From Ardenticatenales bacterium (GTDB lineage: Bacteria; Chloroflexota; Anaerolineae; Promineifilales; UBA4811): a stretch of 27,099 nt of DNA. Of this stretch, positions 1 through 8,337 are shown piece by piece. A model generated the notes under the pieces. It ran no database searches. It was not told where the DNA came from and saw only the letters and a list, made by a program, of their open reading frames with translations. A program made the position numbers and the translations under genes. Position 1 is the first letter of the stretch. Each line of letters starts with the position of its first letter. The stretch covers positions 1 to 27,099 of the forward strand of contig WSZX01000292.1 of assembly GCA_013139935.1 (NCBI GenBank), written 5' to 3'.

Positions 1-1054
1 CCACTTCGACCTTCATCTGGATGCGACGCAGGAAAGCCAAGTCGACCAGATCGGCCGGGTCCAGATTGGTGGAGAAGACGATAAGCTGCTTGAAGGGAAC
101 TTCCAGTGTTTGGCCCGTTCGCAGCCGGAGAAAGTCAATCTCGCTTTCCAGCGGCACAATCCAGCGGTTGAGCAACTCGTCAGGCCGTATCCGCTGACGG
201 CCCAGGTCATCGATCAAGAACATCCCCCCGTTGGCCTTGAGTTGTAGCGGGGCATCGTAGAACTTGCCGGTAGGCTCGTAGCGCAGTTCCAGAGAGTCCA
301 TTGTCATTTCGCCCCCCACCATCACCCCCGGCCGCTTGAAGAGCGCCCAGCGCTGGTCAAAGTTCTTCAACGCGGACTGCCGGTTCCTACCGGGCCCTTC
401 CTGCCTGGGAAGCTCCACCGGGACGTGAATCTGAGGGTCATGAATCTGAATCACTTGGCCGGCAACGGTGAGAGCATAGGGGAGCCAGATGGGGGCACTG
501 CCGGCCAGCAACTCTGCGACGGTCTGGGCTATGGTGGTCTTGCCATTTCCGGGAGGCCCGTAGATGAACAGCGACGAGCCAGCATTGATGGCCGGACCAA
601 TACGCCGGTGAAAGTTGTCGGGCAACACGAGGTGACTGAGGGCGCGTTTCACCTGTGACGGGAAGATACGGTTCTCCTGCGCGGTCTGGATCAGAATGGC
701 CCGCCTATAAGTGTCCAGGTCCACCGGAGCGGGCCCCACGTACTGGCTTCGTTCCATGGCCTCTCGCGCACGTTTGGTGCCCTCTTCAGTCAACCGATAG
801 ATGTAGCTCAACCTCCCGAGCGCCCCCGTTCCGGCAATTTCCACGAGATGTTCCATCTGCATCTGCGACAGGAGAGGGTCCAATACCTGATTGTGCACAC
901 GGGTCACTTCCGACATGCGCCTGACGCTCACGTCGCGCTCTCGGAACAAGAGGCGGTATATCAGATCGCTCACCAGCGAAATGGGAATCTTGAGCGCCTC
1001 AGCGGTTCGTGGCAGGGCCAGAGTCGCCATGAGCTTGGGTGATATCTCTACCAT
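1..1054 (-). CDS. AAA+ ATPase of unknown function with N-terminal winged-helix-like region (partial, runs off the left edge)
   Basis: Not in the ORF track because no stop lies in the window. Translated by hand from ATG 1054: MVEISPKLMATLALP...LFIYGPPGNGKTTIA (Walker A)...GGEMTMDSLEL...PLQLKANGGMFLIDDLGRQ (Walker B)...NRWIVPLE...LIVFSTNLDP...AFLRRIQMKVEV. The SD GAGGAA overlaps the stop of the upstream gene. Confidence 0.9.
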   Translation of the reverse strand, partial: MVEISPKLMATLALPRTAEALKIPISLVSDLIYRLLFRERDVSVRRMSEVTRVHNQVLDPLLSQMQMEHLVEIAGTGALGRLSYIYRLTEEGTKRAREAMERSQYVGPAPVDLDTYRRAILIQTAQENRIFPSQVKRALSHLVLPDNFHRRIGPAINAGSSLFIYGPPGNGKTTIAQTVAELLAGSAPIWLPYALTVAGQVIQIHDPQIHVPVELPRQEGPGRNRQSALKNFDQRWALFKRPGVMVGGEMTMDSLELRYEPTGKFYDAPLQLKANGGMFLIDDLGRQRIRPDELLNRWIVPLESEIDFLRLRTGQTLEVPFKQLIVFSTNLDPADLVDLAFLRRIQMKVEV

Positions 1055-1061
1055 GATTTCC

Positions 1062-3185
1062 TCACAGATCTTCCCGGCTAAGGATGACCCCCCGGCCGTC
1101 CACCGCTAGCGCCCCTTTGCCGGCCGCCAGGACACGTAGCGGATTGATGTCCAGTTCGGCGACCTGTGGCAGGTCGAGCGCTAACTGGGAAAGCCGCAGG
1201 AGTGTGTCGATAACGGCGCTGCGGTCGGCCGGGGGCGCTCCACGCCAGCCCGCCAGCCGCCGGCTCACCAGCGTAGAGTCCAGCATCTGTTCCGCTTCTC
1301 CCCGGGTCAACGGTGCAATCCCCACTGCGACATCACGAGTCAACTCGACCTCGGTGCCTCCGCTGCCCACCAGCAGCAGCGGGCCAAACTGCGGATCCCG
1401 CTTCCATCCGACAATGACTTCCAGCCCGGTGGCGACCATCTGCTGCACCATCACCCCATCCACCTCAGCCCGGGGCCGGCGCCGGCGAACGGCGGCCATG
1501 ATTCGTTCATATCCTGCGCGTACAGCACTCGCATTGCTCAATCCGATCTCCACGCCGCCTACATCGCTCTTGTGGGTGATGTCCAGGGAGGTCACTTTGA
1601 GAGCCACCGGATAGCCCAACTCTTCCGCTACCGCCACAGCTTGCGCCGCTGTGGTGGCCTGATCATGGGCGGGGGTGGACAGGCCGTACGCTTCCAGTAG
1701 GCGAGAGGTTTCAGAACCACCGAGAATAGCTGCGCCGGATTGAACGGCAGTTTTGACAATCGCCTGGGCAGTTTCCCGATCTGCCGGGAAAGGGTCGATG
1801 GGGGGCTCGGGGGGTGTTTCGAGCCAGCGGCGGCGTGCGAGCATGGCAGCCAGGGTGGACGCAACCCGGCCGGGAAAGGCGTAATTGGGGATCCGTCGCC
1901 GGTGCAGAATCGCGAGTGCGTCGGCCGTACTGGCGAGCCCCATGATGCAAGCGAGCACCGGCTTGCCCGGCCCCGCCGCGACCTCGCCTATTACCTCGGC
2001 CAGACTGGTAGGGTAGAACCAGTCCTGAGGGGCCTGAATGACGACGGCAGCGTCTACTGTCTCGTCGGCGAGCAAGGCGTCCAGTGCCCGGGCATAGGTA
2101 GCGGGACCTGAGCCAGCCAGGATGTCCACCGGGTTGCGCACGCTGGCATGGGGGGGGCAGCGAGAAGCCAGATAGTCTAGGGTGGCGTCTGTGAGCGGAG
2201 CCAGGGTCAGGCCAGCTCCTTCCAGCGCATCGACCGCCAGGATGCCGGGGCCACCTCCGTTGGTCAGCACAGCCACTCGGTTCCCCCGGGGGAGTGGTTG
2301 CCAGGCGAGTGCCCTGGCCCAGTCGAACAGCTCTTCTAATGAGCCAGCCCGCAAGACGCCCGCCTTACGAAAAGCGGCGTCATAGGCCTTAGCGCTGCCA
2401 GCGAGCGCGCCGGTGTGGCTTGCCACGGCCTGGGCGCCGCCCTCGCCCCGACCGACCTTGAGCATCACGACCGGCTTAACCCGTGCTGCCTCTGCGGCCA
2501 CCTGGAGAAAGGCGCGCCCATTAGCCACCCCCTCCAGGTAGCCTGTGATGACGCGTGTCTGTGGATCGGCGGCCATCTCGGCCAGCAACTCGGTTTCGTT
2601 GACATCGGCGCTGTTGCCCAGGCTGACCATTCGTGAAAAGCCAACTCCGGAGCCCAGCGCCCAGTCGATCACCGCCGCCACCACCGCACCCGATTGGGAG
2701 ACAAAGGCGATATCACCGGTGCGCGGCATGCCCACGACGAAGGTCGTGTTGACCGGTGTGTGGGTGTCTATGGTGCCAATGCAGTTGGGCCCCAGCAATC
2801 GCAGATCGTAGCGTGCGGCGATCTCTTGGAGTTCGCGTTCGCGTGCCTGCCCTTTCGGTCCTGTCTCGCCAAAGCCACCACTGACCACGACGGCGGCCGG
2901 GACACCCGCCTCTCCGCACTGGGCCACGGTCGAGACTACATAGCGCGCAGGCACCACAACAATAGCCAGGTCCACGGGCTGTGGCACGGCTGCGATTTCC
3001 GGGTAGCAGCGGTACCCTAGCACCTCGCGGGCACGGGGGTTGACCGGGTAGATATCGCCCCGGTAGTGGTAGTCGTGGAGATTTCGGACCACGCCGTGCC
3101 CCAGCTTGTGCGTGTCTCGACTGGCGCCGATGATCGCTATGCTGCGGGGATTGAAGAAATGGCTAAGGTGCTGTCCCTTGTTCAT
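1062..3185 (-). CDS. Acetate/acyl-CoA ligase (ADP-forming), fused alpha/beta type (CoA-binding, ligase and ATP-grasp domains)
   Basis: Motifs IIGAS, YPVNP, GFGETG, GPNCIG, SQSG, SHTGALAG (phospho-His), TNGGGPG, NPVDI, LKVTSLDITHKSDVGGV, DPQFGP and DINP. No GNAT domain is present. Confidence 0.93.
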   Translation of the reverse strand: MNKGQHLSHFFNPRSIAIIGASRDTHKLGHGVVRNLHDYHYRGDIYPVNPRAREVLGYRCYPEIAAVPQPVDLAIVVVPARYVVSTVAQCGEAGVPAAVVVSGGFGETGPKGQARERELQEIAARYDLRLLGPNCIGTIDTHTPVNTTFVVGMPRTGDIAFVSQSGAVVAAVIDWALGSGVGFSRMVSLGNSADVNETELLAEMAADPQTRVITGYLEGVANGRAFLQVAAEAARVKPVVMLKVGRGEGGAQAVASHTGALAGSAKAYDAAFRKAGVLRAGSLEELFDWARALAWQPLPRGNRVAVLTNGGGPGILAVDALEGAGLTLAPLTDATLDYLASRCPPHASVRNPVDILAGSGPATYARALDALLADETVDAAVVIQAPQDWFYPTSLAEVIGEVAAGPGKPVLACIMGLASTADALAILHRRRIPNYAFPGRVASTLAAMLARRRWLETPPEPPIDPFPADRETAQAIVKTAVQSGAAILGGSETSRLLEAYGLSTPAHDQATTAAQAVAVAEELGYPVALKVTSLDITHKSDVGGVEIGLSNASAVRAGYERIMAAVRRRRPRAEVDGVMVQQMVATGLEVIVGWKRDPQFGPLLLVGSGGTEVELTRDVAVGIAPLTRGEAEQMLDSTLVSRRLAGWRGAPPADRSAVIDTLLRLSQLALDLPQVAELDINPLRVLAAGKGALAVDGRGVILSREDL

Positions 3186-3229
3186 CCTGGCCCACGCTGA
3201 TTAGCGGATGGGAAATATCCGTTCGATCG

Positions 3230-3238
3230 ATTGTAGCA
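3230..3238 (-). promoter_or_regulatory. Extended -10 promoter (TG-C-TACAAT) for the acyl-CoA ligase/ATPase operon
   Basis: The minus strand reads TGCTACAAT about 45 nt upstream of ATG 3185; the identical nonamer precedes the DUF151 gene. Confidence 0.5.
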
Positions 3239-3308
3239 CGACTTGGCCGGGTTGCCCAATGCAATCGACCGCCGGTTACTTTTGTCACTACAGGCCCGGC
3301 GCCCCCTG

Positions 3309-3317
3309 TGCTAGTAT
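3309..3317 (+). promoter_or_regulatory. Extended -10 promoter (TG-C-TAGTAT) for tdh-kbl
   Basis: TGCTAGTAT lies about 45 nt upstream of ATG 3361 and is divergent from the promoter at 3230-3238. Confidence 0.4.
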
Positions 3318-3360
3318 GGGGCTTGTTGCCCTCTCTCGATTCCATAAGGATGAGACAAGC

Positions 3361-4344
3361 ATGCCTGGAAAGGAAATGAAAAGGATATTGGTCACGGGAG
3401 CAGTGGGTCAGATCGGTTCCGAATTGACCATGGCGCTCCGGGAAAGATTCGGCAATGAGAATGTGGTGGCAACCGGGCGCAGCACTGCCCCCAGCCCCAC
3501 CCTGCGAGACTCGGGCCCCTTTGAATTCATCGATGTGGCCAAGAAGAAGACGATCGAAGCGGTCGTGGAGAGGTACCGGATTGACACCGTCTACCACCTG
3601 GCGGCCATACTGTCGGCCGTAGGTGAGAAAAAACCTCAACTGTGCTGGGACGTCAACGTGAACGGCCTCTATAATGTCCTGGAGATAGCCCGTGAAAGGG
3701 AGTTGACGCGGGTTTTTTGCCCTAGCTCCATTGCTGTCTTTGGCCGCCACACGCCCGTGCACAATACGCCGCAGGAGACGATTCTGAGCCCAACCACGAT
3801 GTATGGTGTCACCAAGGTTGCAGGTGAGGCGCTCTGTGACTATTACTTTCAGCGGTTCGGCGTGGATGTGCGCGGCATGCGCTACCCGGGGATCATCAGC
3901 AGCGAGACTCTGCCCGGCGGCGGGACCACCGATTATGCAGTCGCCATCTATTATGAGGCGGTAGCCAACCAACGCTACACTTGCTTTGTGAGAGAGGACA
4001 CGGTGTTGCCAATGATGTACATGCCGGATGCCATCAAATCGGCGATGGATCTGATGGAAACCGACCTCTCCCGCCTTGAACACCACAGCAACTTTAATCT
4101 GGCGGCGATGAGCTTCTCGGCCGGGGAACTGGCCGCAGAGATCAAGAGGCACATTCCTGAGTTTCAGGTAGAATACGAGCCCGACTTTCGGCAAGAGATC
4201 GCGGACTCGTGGCCGCGAACCATTGACGACAGCAGCGCCCGCGAAGAGTGGGGCTGGGAACCGGGATATGACCTGGCGGCGATGACGGCCCACATGCTGG
4301 AACGACTGAGCAACCGTCATGCCAGGGGAAAGCTATACAGGTGA
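3361..4344 (+). CDS. tdh: L-threonine 3-dehydrogenase, NAD-dependent epimerase/dehydratase (extended SDR) type
   Basis: ILVTGAVGQIG Rossmann motif, HLAAILSAVGE, PSSIAVFG, YGVTK (YxxxK), RYPGIISS, GGGTTDYA, LPMMYMPDA and RQEIADSWP; adjacent to kbl. The start could be 3361 or 3376. Confidence 0.88.
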   Translation: MPGKEMKRILVTGAVGQIGSELTMALRERFGNENVVATGRSTAPSPTLRDSGPFEFIDVAKKKTIEAVVERYRIDTVYHLAAILSAVGEKKPQLCWDVNVNGLYNVLEIARERELTRVFCPSSIAVFGRHTPVHNTPQETILSPTTMYGVTKVAGEALCDYYFQRFGVDVRGMRYPGIISSETLPGGGTTDYAVAIYYEAVANQRYTCFVREDTVLPMMYMPDAIKSAMDLMETDLSRLEHHSNFNLAAMSFSAGELAAEIKRHIPEFQVEYEPDFRQEIADSWPRTIDDSSAREEWGWEPGYDLAAMTAHMLERLSNRHARGKLYR

Positions 4345-4357
4345 CGAGGAGCCAATC

Positions 4358-5557
4358 ATGAGCGATAAACTTGACTTTATTCGTGATGAGCTGGAGGAGA
4401 TGCATCGCAGCAAATCGTACATCAACATGCGGACGATGGAATCTCCGGCCGACGGCTGGATGGTGGTGGACGGCCGGCGAGTGCTCAATTTCTGCACCAA
4501 TAACTACCTGGGCCTGGCGAACCATCCAAGGCTGAAGAAAAAGGCGCAGGAGGCGATCGACAAGTGGGGCGTTGGTCCGGCCGCCGTGCGCACGATCGCC
4601 GGCACGCAGGCGCTTCACCTGGAATTCGAACGTCGAATGGCGGAGTTCAAAGGGGTGGATTCCTCTTTGCTGGTGCAGTCTGGTTTTTGCGCGAACCAGG
4701 CGGCTATTCCAGCACTGGTGGGACGGAACAGGGCGACCGGAGAGCAGGATGTCATGTTTTCCGACCGGATGAATCACGCCAGTATCATTGATGGAGCAAG
4801 GCTCTCCGGGGCCAAGATCGTTGTGTTTGAGCATTGCGACCCGGTCAGCCTGGAGAAGGTGATCGAGGAGAACCTGCCCAAATATCGTCGGGGCCTGATG
4901 GTGACCGACGGGGTGTTCAGCATGGATGGCGATATTGCACCGCTGGACAAGCTCTATGCCGTTGCGGAAAAGCACGGCGTGATAACGATGGTGGACGACG
5001 CCCACGGCGAAGGAGTTCTGGGACGGGGCAAGGGCATCGTGGCCCACTTTGGACTGCACGGCAGATTCGACATTGAGGTTGGTACCCTTTCCAAGGCATT
5101 CGGCGTGATGGGGGGTGTCATTGCGGGCAAGCAGGAGGTGGTAGACTATATCAGGCAAAAGGCACGGCCCAACCTCTTTTCCAGCGCCATCACCCCGGGC
5201 GACACAGCCGCCTGCCTGGCGGCGGTGGAGATGCTGGACGAATCAGAGGCGCTGGTCGACAAACTGTGGGCGAATACTGGCTATTTCCGATCAAGGATGG
5301 AAGAGCTCGGATTTGACACCGGCCGCACCGAGACCCCGATTGTGCCCATTATCATCGGCGATGTCGCCAAGGCCAAAGAGTTCTCCACCCGCTTGTTCGA
5401 GCAAGGCGTTTTCGCGATGGCGCTTGGCTTTCCCACCGTTCCTCGCGGCACAGCCCGCGTTCGGGTGATGAACACGGCTGCCCACACAGAGGAAGATCTG
5501 GACAAAGGCTTGGAGATTTTTGCCCGAGTTGGCCGGGAACTCGACGTTATATCCTGA
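4358..5557 (+). CDS. kbl: Glycine C-acetyltransferase (2-amino-3-ketobutyrate CoA ligase), PLP-dependent alpha-oxoamine synthase
   Basis: LNFCTNNYLGLANHP, NHASIIDG, TDGVFSMDGD, DDAHG and GTLSKAFG (PLP lysine); SD GAGGA before ATG 4358; directly follows tdh. Confidence 0.88.
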   Translation: MSDKLDFIRDELEEMHRSKSYINMRTMESPADGWMVVDGRRVLNFCTNNYLGLANHPRLKKKAQEAIDKWGVGPAAVRTIAGTQALHLEFERRMAEFKGVDSSLLVQSGFCANQAAIPALVGRNRATGEQDVMFSDRMNHASIIDGARLSGAKIVVFEHCDPVSLEKVIEENLPKYRRGLMVTDGVFSMDGDIAPLDKLYAVAEKHGVITMVDDAHGEGVLGRGKGIVAHFGLHGRFDIEVGTLSKAFGVMGGVIAGKQEVVDYIRQKARPNLFSSAITPGDTAACLAAVEMLDESEALVDKLWANTGYFRSRMEELGFDTGRTETPIVPIIIGDVAKAKEFSTRLFEQGVFAMALGFPTVPRGTARVRVMNTAAHTEEDLDKGLEIFARVGRELDVIS

Positions 5558-5583
5558 TTTTCTCCGGCATTAATCAGCCATAT

Positions 5584-5625
5584 GATCAGGCAGGGGCGAC
5601 CCGGGAGGGTCGCCCCTGCCTGATC
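5584..5625. repeat. Perfect 19-bp inverted repeat with GGGA loop (REP-like hairpin, possible terminator)
   Basis: GATCAGGCAGGGGCGACCC-GGGA-GGGTCGCCCCTGCCTGATC, 26 nt after the kbl stop. Confidence 0.85.
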
Positions 5626-5642
5626 CTGGGTACCGCACCGGG

Positions 5643-5768
5643 GAGGGTGTGGAAAATAGGTCCTCCGCGGGGGGAGAGAGATGCAGGGGTCGGAATCCTG
5701 CCCCCAACCAGATTCCCTTTTGAGGCGCGGAACTGCATGGGGAACCGTGTCCTTTTTTCGACGCCATC
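5643..5768. mobile_element. MITE-like element A with imperfect 14-bp terminal inverted repeats
   Basis: Left end GAGGGTGTGGAAAA (5643-5656); right end TTTTCGACGCCATC (5755-5768, 11/14 match). The same end motif recurs at 19218-19535. Confidence 0.45.
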
Positions 5769-5798
5769 CACGGTACACTTGGCTTTCTCTCTGCTCCA

Positions 5799-5807
5799 TG
5801 CTACAAT
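5799..5807 (+). promoter_or_regulatory. Extended -10 promoter (TG-C-TACAAT) for the DUF151 gene
   Basis: TGCTACAAT lies 36 nt upstream of ATG 5844; SD GAGGAG at about 5834-5839. Confidence 0.5.
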
Positions 5808-5843
5808 CTTTGGCGGAGCCTTCCAGCACACGCGAGGAGCTTT

Positions 5844-6335
5844 ATGGTAAGAGTGGTCATTAGCAGCATCCGGGTGAGCCTGATGTCTCCGCATCGCGTG
5901 ATTCTTCTCAAAGAGGTTGACAGCGAGCGCCAGCTACCCATCTGGATTGGACCCTTTGAGACGGATGCTATTGTGGTCGAGTTGCAGCAGATCGAGACGG
6001 CCCGGCCGCTCACCCACGATTTGCTCAAAACAGTGATCACCGAGCTTGGCGGAACGGTGTCGCACGTGACGGTGAACGCACTGCGAGATGACTATTTCAC
6101 CGCCAGGGTTATCATTGACAAGAACGGAGACGTGCTGGAGATCGACTCGCGCCCCTCCGATGCGATTGCTCTGGCGGTTCGTGCCCAGGTTCCCATATTC
6201 GTGTCCGAAGAGGTGATGGAGGAGGCAGGCGTATTGCCGGAAGAGGAGATCTCATCGGCCGGCGACATTGACGTCCCTGATGAAGAGTTGGACGTTTACC
6301 ACGACTTTCTGGACACGCTGGATCTGGATGATTGA
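5844..6335 (+). CDS. Bifunctional nuclease family protein (DUF151, DNase/RNase)
   Basis: RVILLKE...LPIWIGPFETDAI...RPLTHDLL...IDSRPSDAIALAVR...PIFVSEEV, followed by an acidic tail. Confidence 0.9.
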   Translation: MVRVVISSIRVSLMSPHRVILLKEVDSERQLPIWIGPFETDAIVVELQQIETARPLTHDLLKTVITELGGTVSHVTVNALRDDYFTARVIIDKNGDVLEIDSRPSDAIALAVRAQVPIFVSEEVMEEAGVLPEEEISSAGDIDVPDEELDVYHDFLDTLDLDD

Positions 6336-6528
6336 TCCTTGCGGATAGTGTGTGAGCGCTGCGCCTCATGCTATCGTGGGTAGCTGAAGGGAGTTGGTCC
6401 CGCGGCGCGTGGCGATCTTTGGCGCCCTGTCAGCACGAGTTCCGCCGCACCGGGCGTAACCTGAAGGTACCTGGTACTGTCAGGTTGGGCGCACAGTCCA
6501 GAGGGGCTCACTGTAGGAGCACGAGGAA

Positions 6529-8337
6529 GTGAAGATGGGTAAAGCCAATCCGGCCCCGAGCCTGACGCCGGATAGAGTTTCCCCGAGCAACGTCGAGGCC
6601 GAAGAGGCGGTTCTGGGGTCCGTTCTAATCAACCCGGACGCGCTGCTAGATGTGGCCACGTTTCTCAGAGCGGAAGACTTTTTTCTGGTAAAGAACGGCT
6701 GGATATGGGACGCTATCCTGGCGGTTCAAGAACGCCGTGAACCCATTGATTTCCTGACCGTCACCAACGAGCTGGAGAGCCAGCAACGACTGCAGGAAGC
6801 TGGCGGGCAGGTCTACATCAGCCGGCTGATGGATGCAGTTCCCAGCGCCATTCATGCCGAGGCGTATGGCCGAATTGTGGAACGCACCTCGCTGCGCCGG
6901 CGCCTCCTGGGCGCTGCCAGTGAGGTTGCTCAACTGGCCTGCAATGAAGCGGAGAACATTGAGGTAGTTCTAGACAAATCGGAGCAGGCGCTCTTTGGCG
7001 TCTCTGAAAGGCGGCTGACTCGGGATCTGCAGCCTATCAAGCGGGTGGTGAACGAGTATTATGATCGGGTCAAACGGCTCTCAGAGCATGATGAGCTTCT
7101 CATGGGGGTCCCTACCGGGTTTCGGGTTTTGGACGAACTCCTGGGTGGGCTGCAGCGCTCCGATCTGATCATCGTCGCCGGCCGACCGGGGATGGGCAAG
7201 ACAGGGCTGCTCCTCAACATCGCGCTCAACTGTGCCCGCCATCATCGCATGCGGGTGGCCGTCTTTTCCCTGGAGATGAGCGCCGAACAGGTGGTGGGAC
7301 GGCTGGTGGCGGCCGAGACCGGCATCGACTCGCAACGACTGCGGCGCGGCGCGTTGCGCCAGGACGAATGGCCTCTGTTCACTGAAGCGACCGGGCGGTT
7401 GGCTGACACCCTGATCTTCATCGATGACACTCCCTCTATCACTCCGTTGCAGTTGCGAACCAAATGCCGCCGGTTGTACGCCGAGTATGGGATAGACCTG
7501 ATTGTGCTGGACTATCTCCAGCTCATGAGTGGCGACTTTCGCAGTGAGAACCGAGTGCAGGAAATAAGCTACATCTCACGTCACCTGAAAGGGATGGCGC
7601 GAGAGATGAACGTACCCGTCCTGGCGGCGGCCCAACTCTCCCGCGCCGTCGAGCAGCGCCAAGACAAACACCCCATGCTGTCAGACCTGCGCGAATCAGG
7701 CTGCCTGGCAGGGGACACCCTGGTGCAATTGGCGGATGGGAATTGGGCGCCGATAAGGGAGCTGACCAAGAACGGCGCCTCGTTCAGCATCAGGGCGCTG
7801 AACCAGGAGACCTGGAAACTGGAATCCGTCGAAGCGCGGAAGGCGTGGAGAACTGGCACCAAGCCGGTATTGAGGCTCACCACGGGTCTGGGTCATAGCA
7901 TTCGGGCCACGGGCAATCATCGATTCAGCACCCGTTGCGGCTGGAGACGACTCGATGGTCTGGAAATCGGCGAGTACATCGCGTTGCCCCGGCCGCTCGG
8001 AATCAGCCAGAGCGTGTCGAGCGAGGTGCATTGGGACCAGGTGTTTGCTATCGACCCTGACGGGATGGAGGACGTGTACGACCTGGAAGCGCCGAGACAT
8101 CACAATTTCGTCGCCAACGATATCATCGTTCACAACAGCATCGAGCAGGACGCGGATGTGGTGATGTTTATTTACCGGGACGAATACTATACCAAGAACG
8201 AGACTGAAAGCCCCAACATTGCTGAAATCGTCATCGCAAAGCACCGCAACGGCCCTACAGGCAGGGTGGACCTCTATTTCCAGGAAAAGTTAGCCCAGTT
8301 CCGCGAGTTGGAGCGCCATCAATTCGCCCCATCGTGA
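6529..8337 (+). CDS. dnaB: Replicative DNA helicase DnaB, intein-containing precursor (about 457 aa after splicing)
   Basis: PSNVEAEEAVLGSVL, GVPTGF, GRPGMGKT (Walker A), FSLEMS, LDYLQLM, QLSRAVEQR and DLRESG|intein|SIEQDAD, AKHRNGPTG. Start is GTG 6529 or ATG 6535. Confidence 0.97.
   Translation: MKMGKANPAPSLTPDRVSPSNVEAEEAVLGSVLINPDALLDVATFLRAEDFFLVKNGWIWDAILAVQERREPIDFLTVTNELESQQRLQEAGGQVYISRLMDAVPSAIHAEAYGRIVERTSLRRRLLGAASEVAQLACNEAENIEVVLDKSEQALFGVSERRLTRDLQPIKRVVNEYYDRVKRLSEHDELLMGVPTGFRVLDELLGGLQRSDLIIVAGRPGMGKTGLLLNIALNCARHHRMRVAVFSLEMSAEQVVGRLVAAETGIDSQRLRRGALRQDEWPLFTEATGRLADTLIFIDDTPSITPLQLRTKCRRLYAEYGIDLIVLDYLQLMSGDFRSENRVQEISYISRHLKGMAREMNVPVLAAAQLSRAVEQRQDKHPMLSDLRESGCLAGDTLVQLADGNWAPIRELTKNGASFSIRALNQETWKLESVEARKAWRTGTKPVLRLTTGLGHSIRATGNHRFSTRCGWRRLDGLEIGEYIALPRPLGISQSVSSEVHWDQVFAIDPDGMEDVYDLEAPRHHNFVANDIIVHNSIEQDADVVMFIYRDEYYTKNETESPNIAEIVIAKHRNGPTGRVDLYFQEKLAQFRELERHQFAPS
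7702..8136 (+). mobile_element. DnaB mini-intein (145 aa, class 1, no homing endonuclease)
   Basis: Begins CLAGDTLVQL (Cys1), has block B ATGNH (T70/H73) and block F DVYDLEAPRHHNFVAND, ends IIVHN with +1 Ser. Inserted between LRESG and SIEQD; no LAGLIDADG motifs. Confidence 0.96.

Noticed and set aside
1062-3185. Possible protein lysine acetyltransferase (Pat/PatZ)
   Set aside because: No GNAT domain is present and the phospho-His motif SHTGA is intact, which favours an ADP-forming ligase.
3163-4320. 385-aa minus-strand ORF
   Set aside because: Antisense shadow of tdh with no recognisable motifs; long shadow ORFs are expected in high-GC coding DNA.
4142-5158. 338-aa minus-strand ORF
   Set aside because: Antisense to tdh/kbl with no domain signature.
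6380-6520. Known riboswitch or housekeeping RNA (ZTP, fluoride, c-di-AMP, SRP, 6S, RNase P)
   Set aside because: Only short partial word matches were found and the core consensus motifs are absent; kept only as an unassigned structured-leader candidate.
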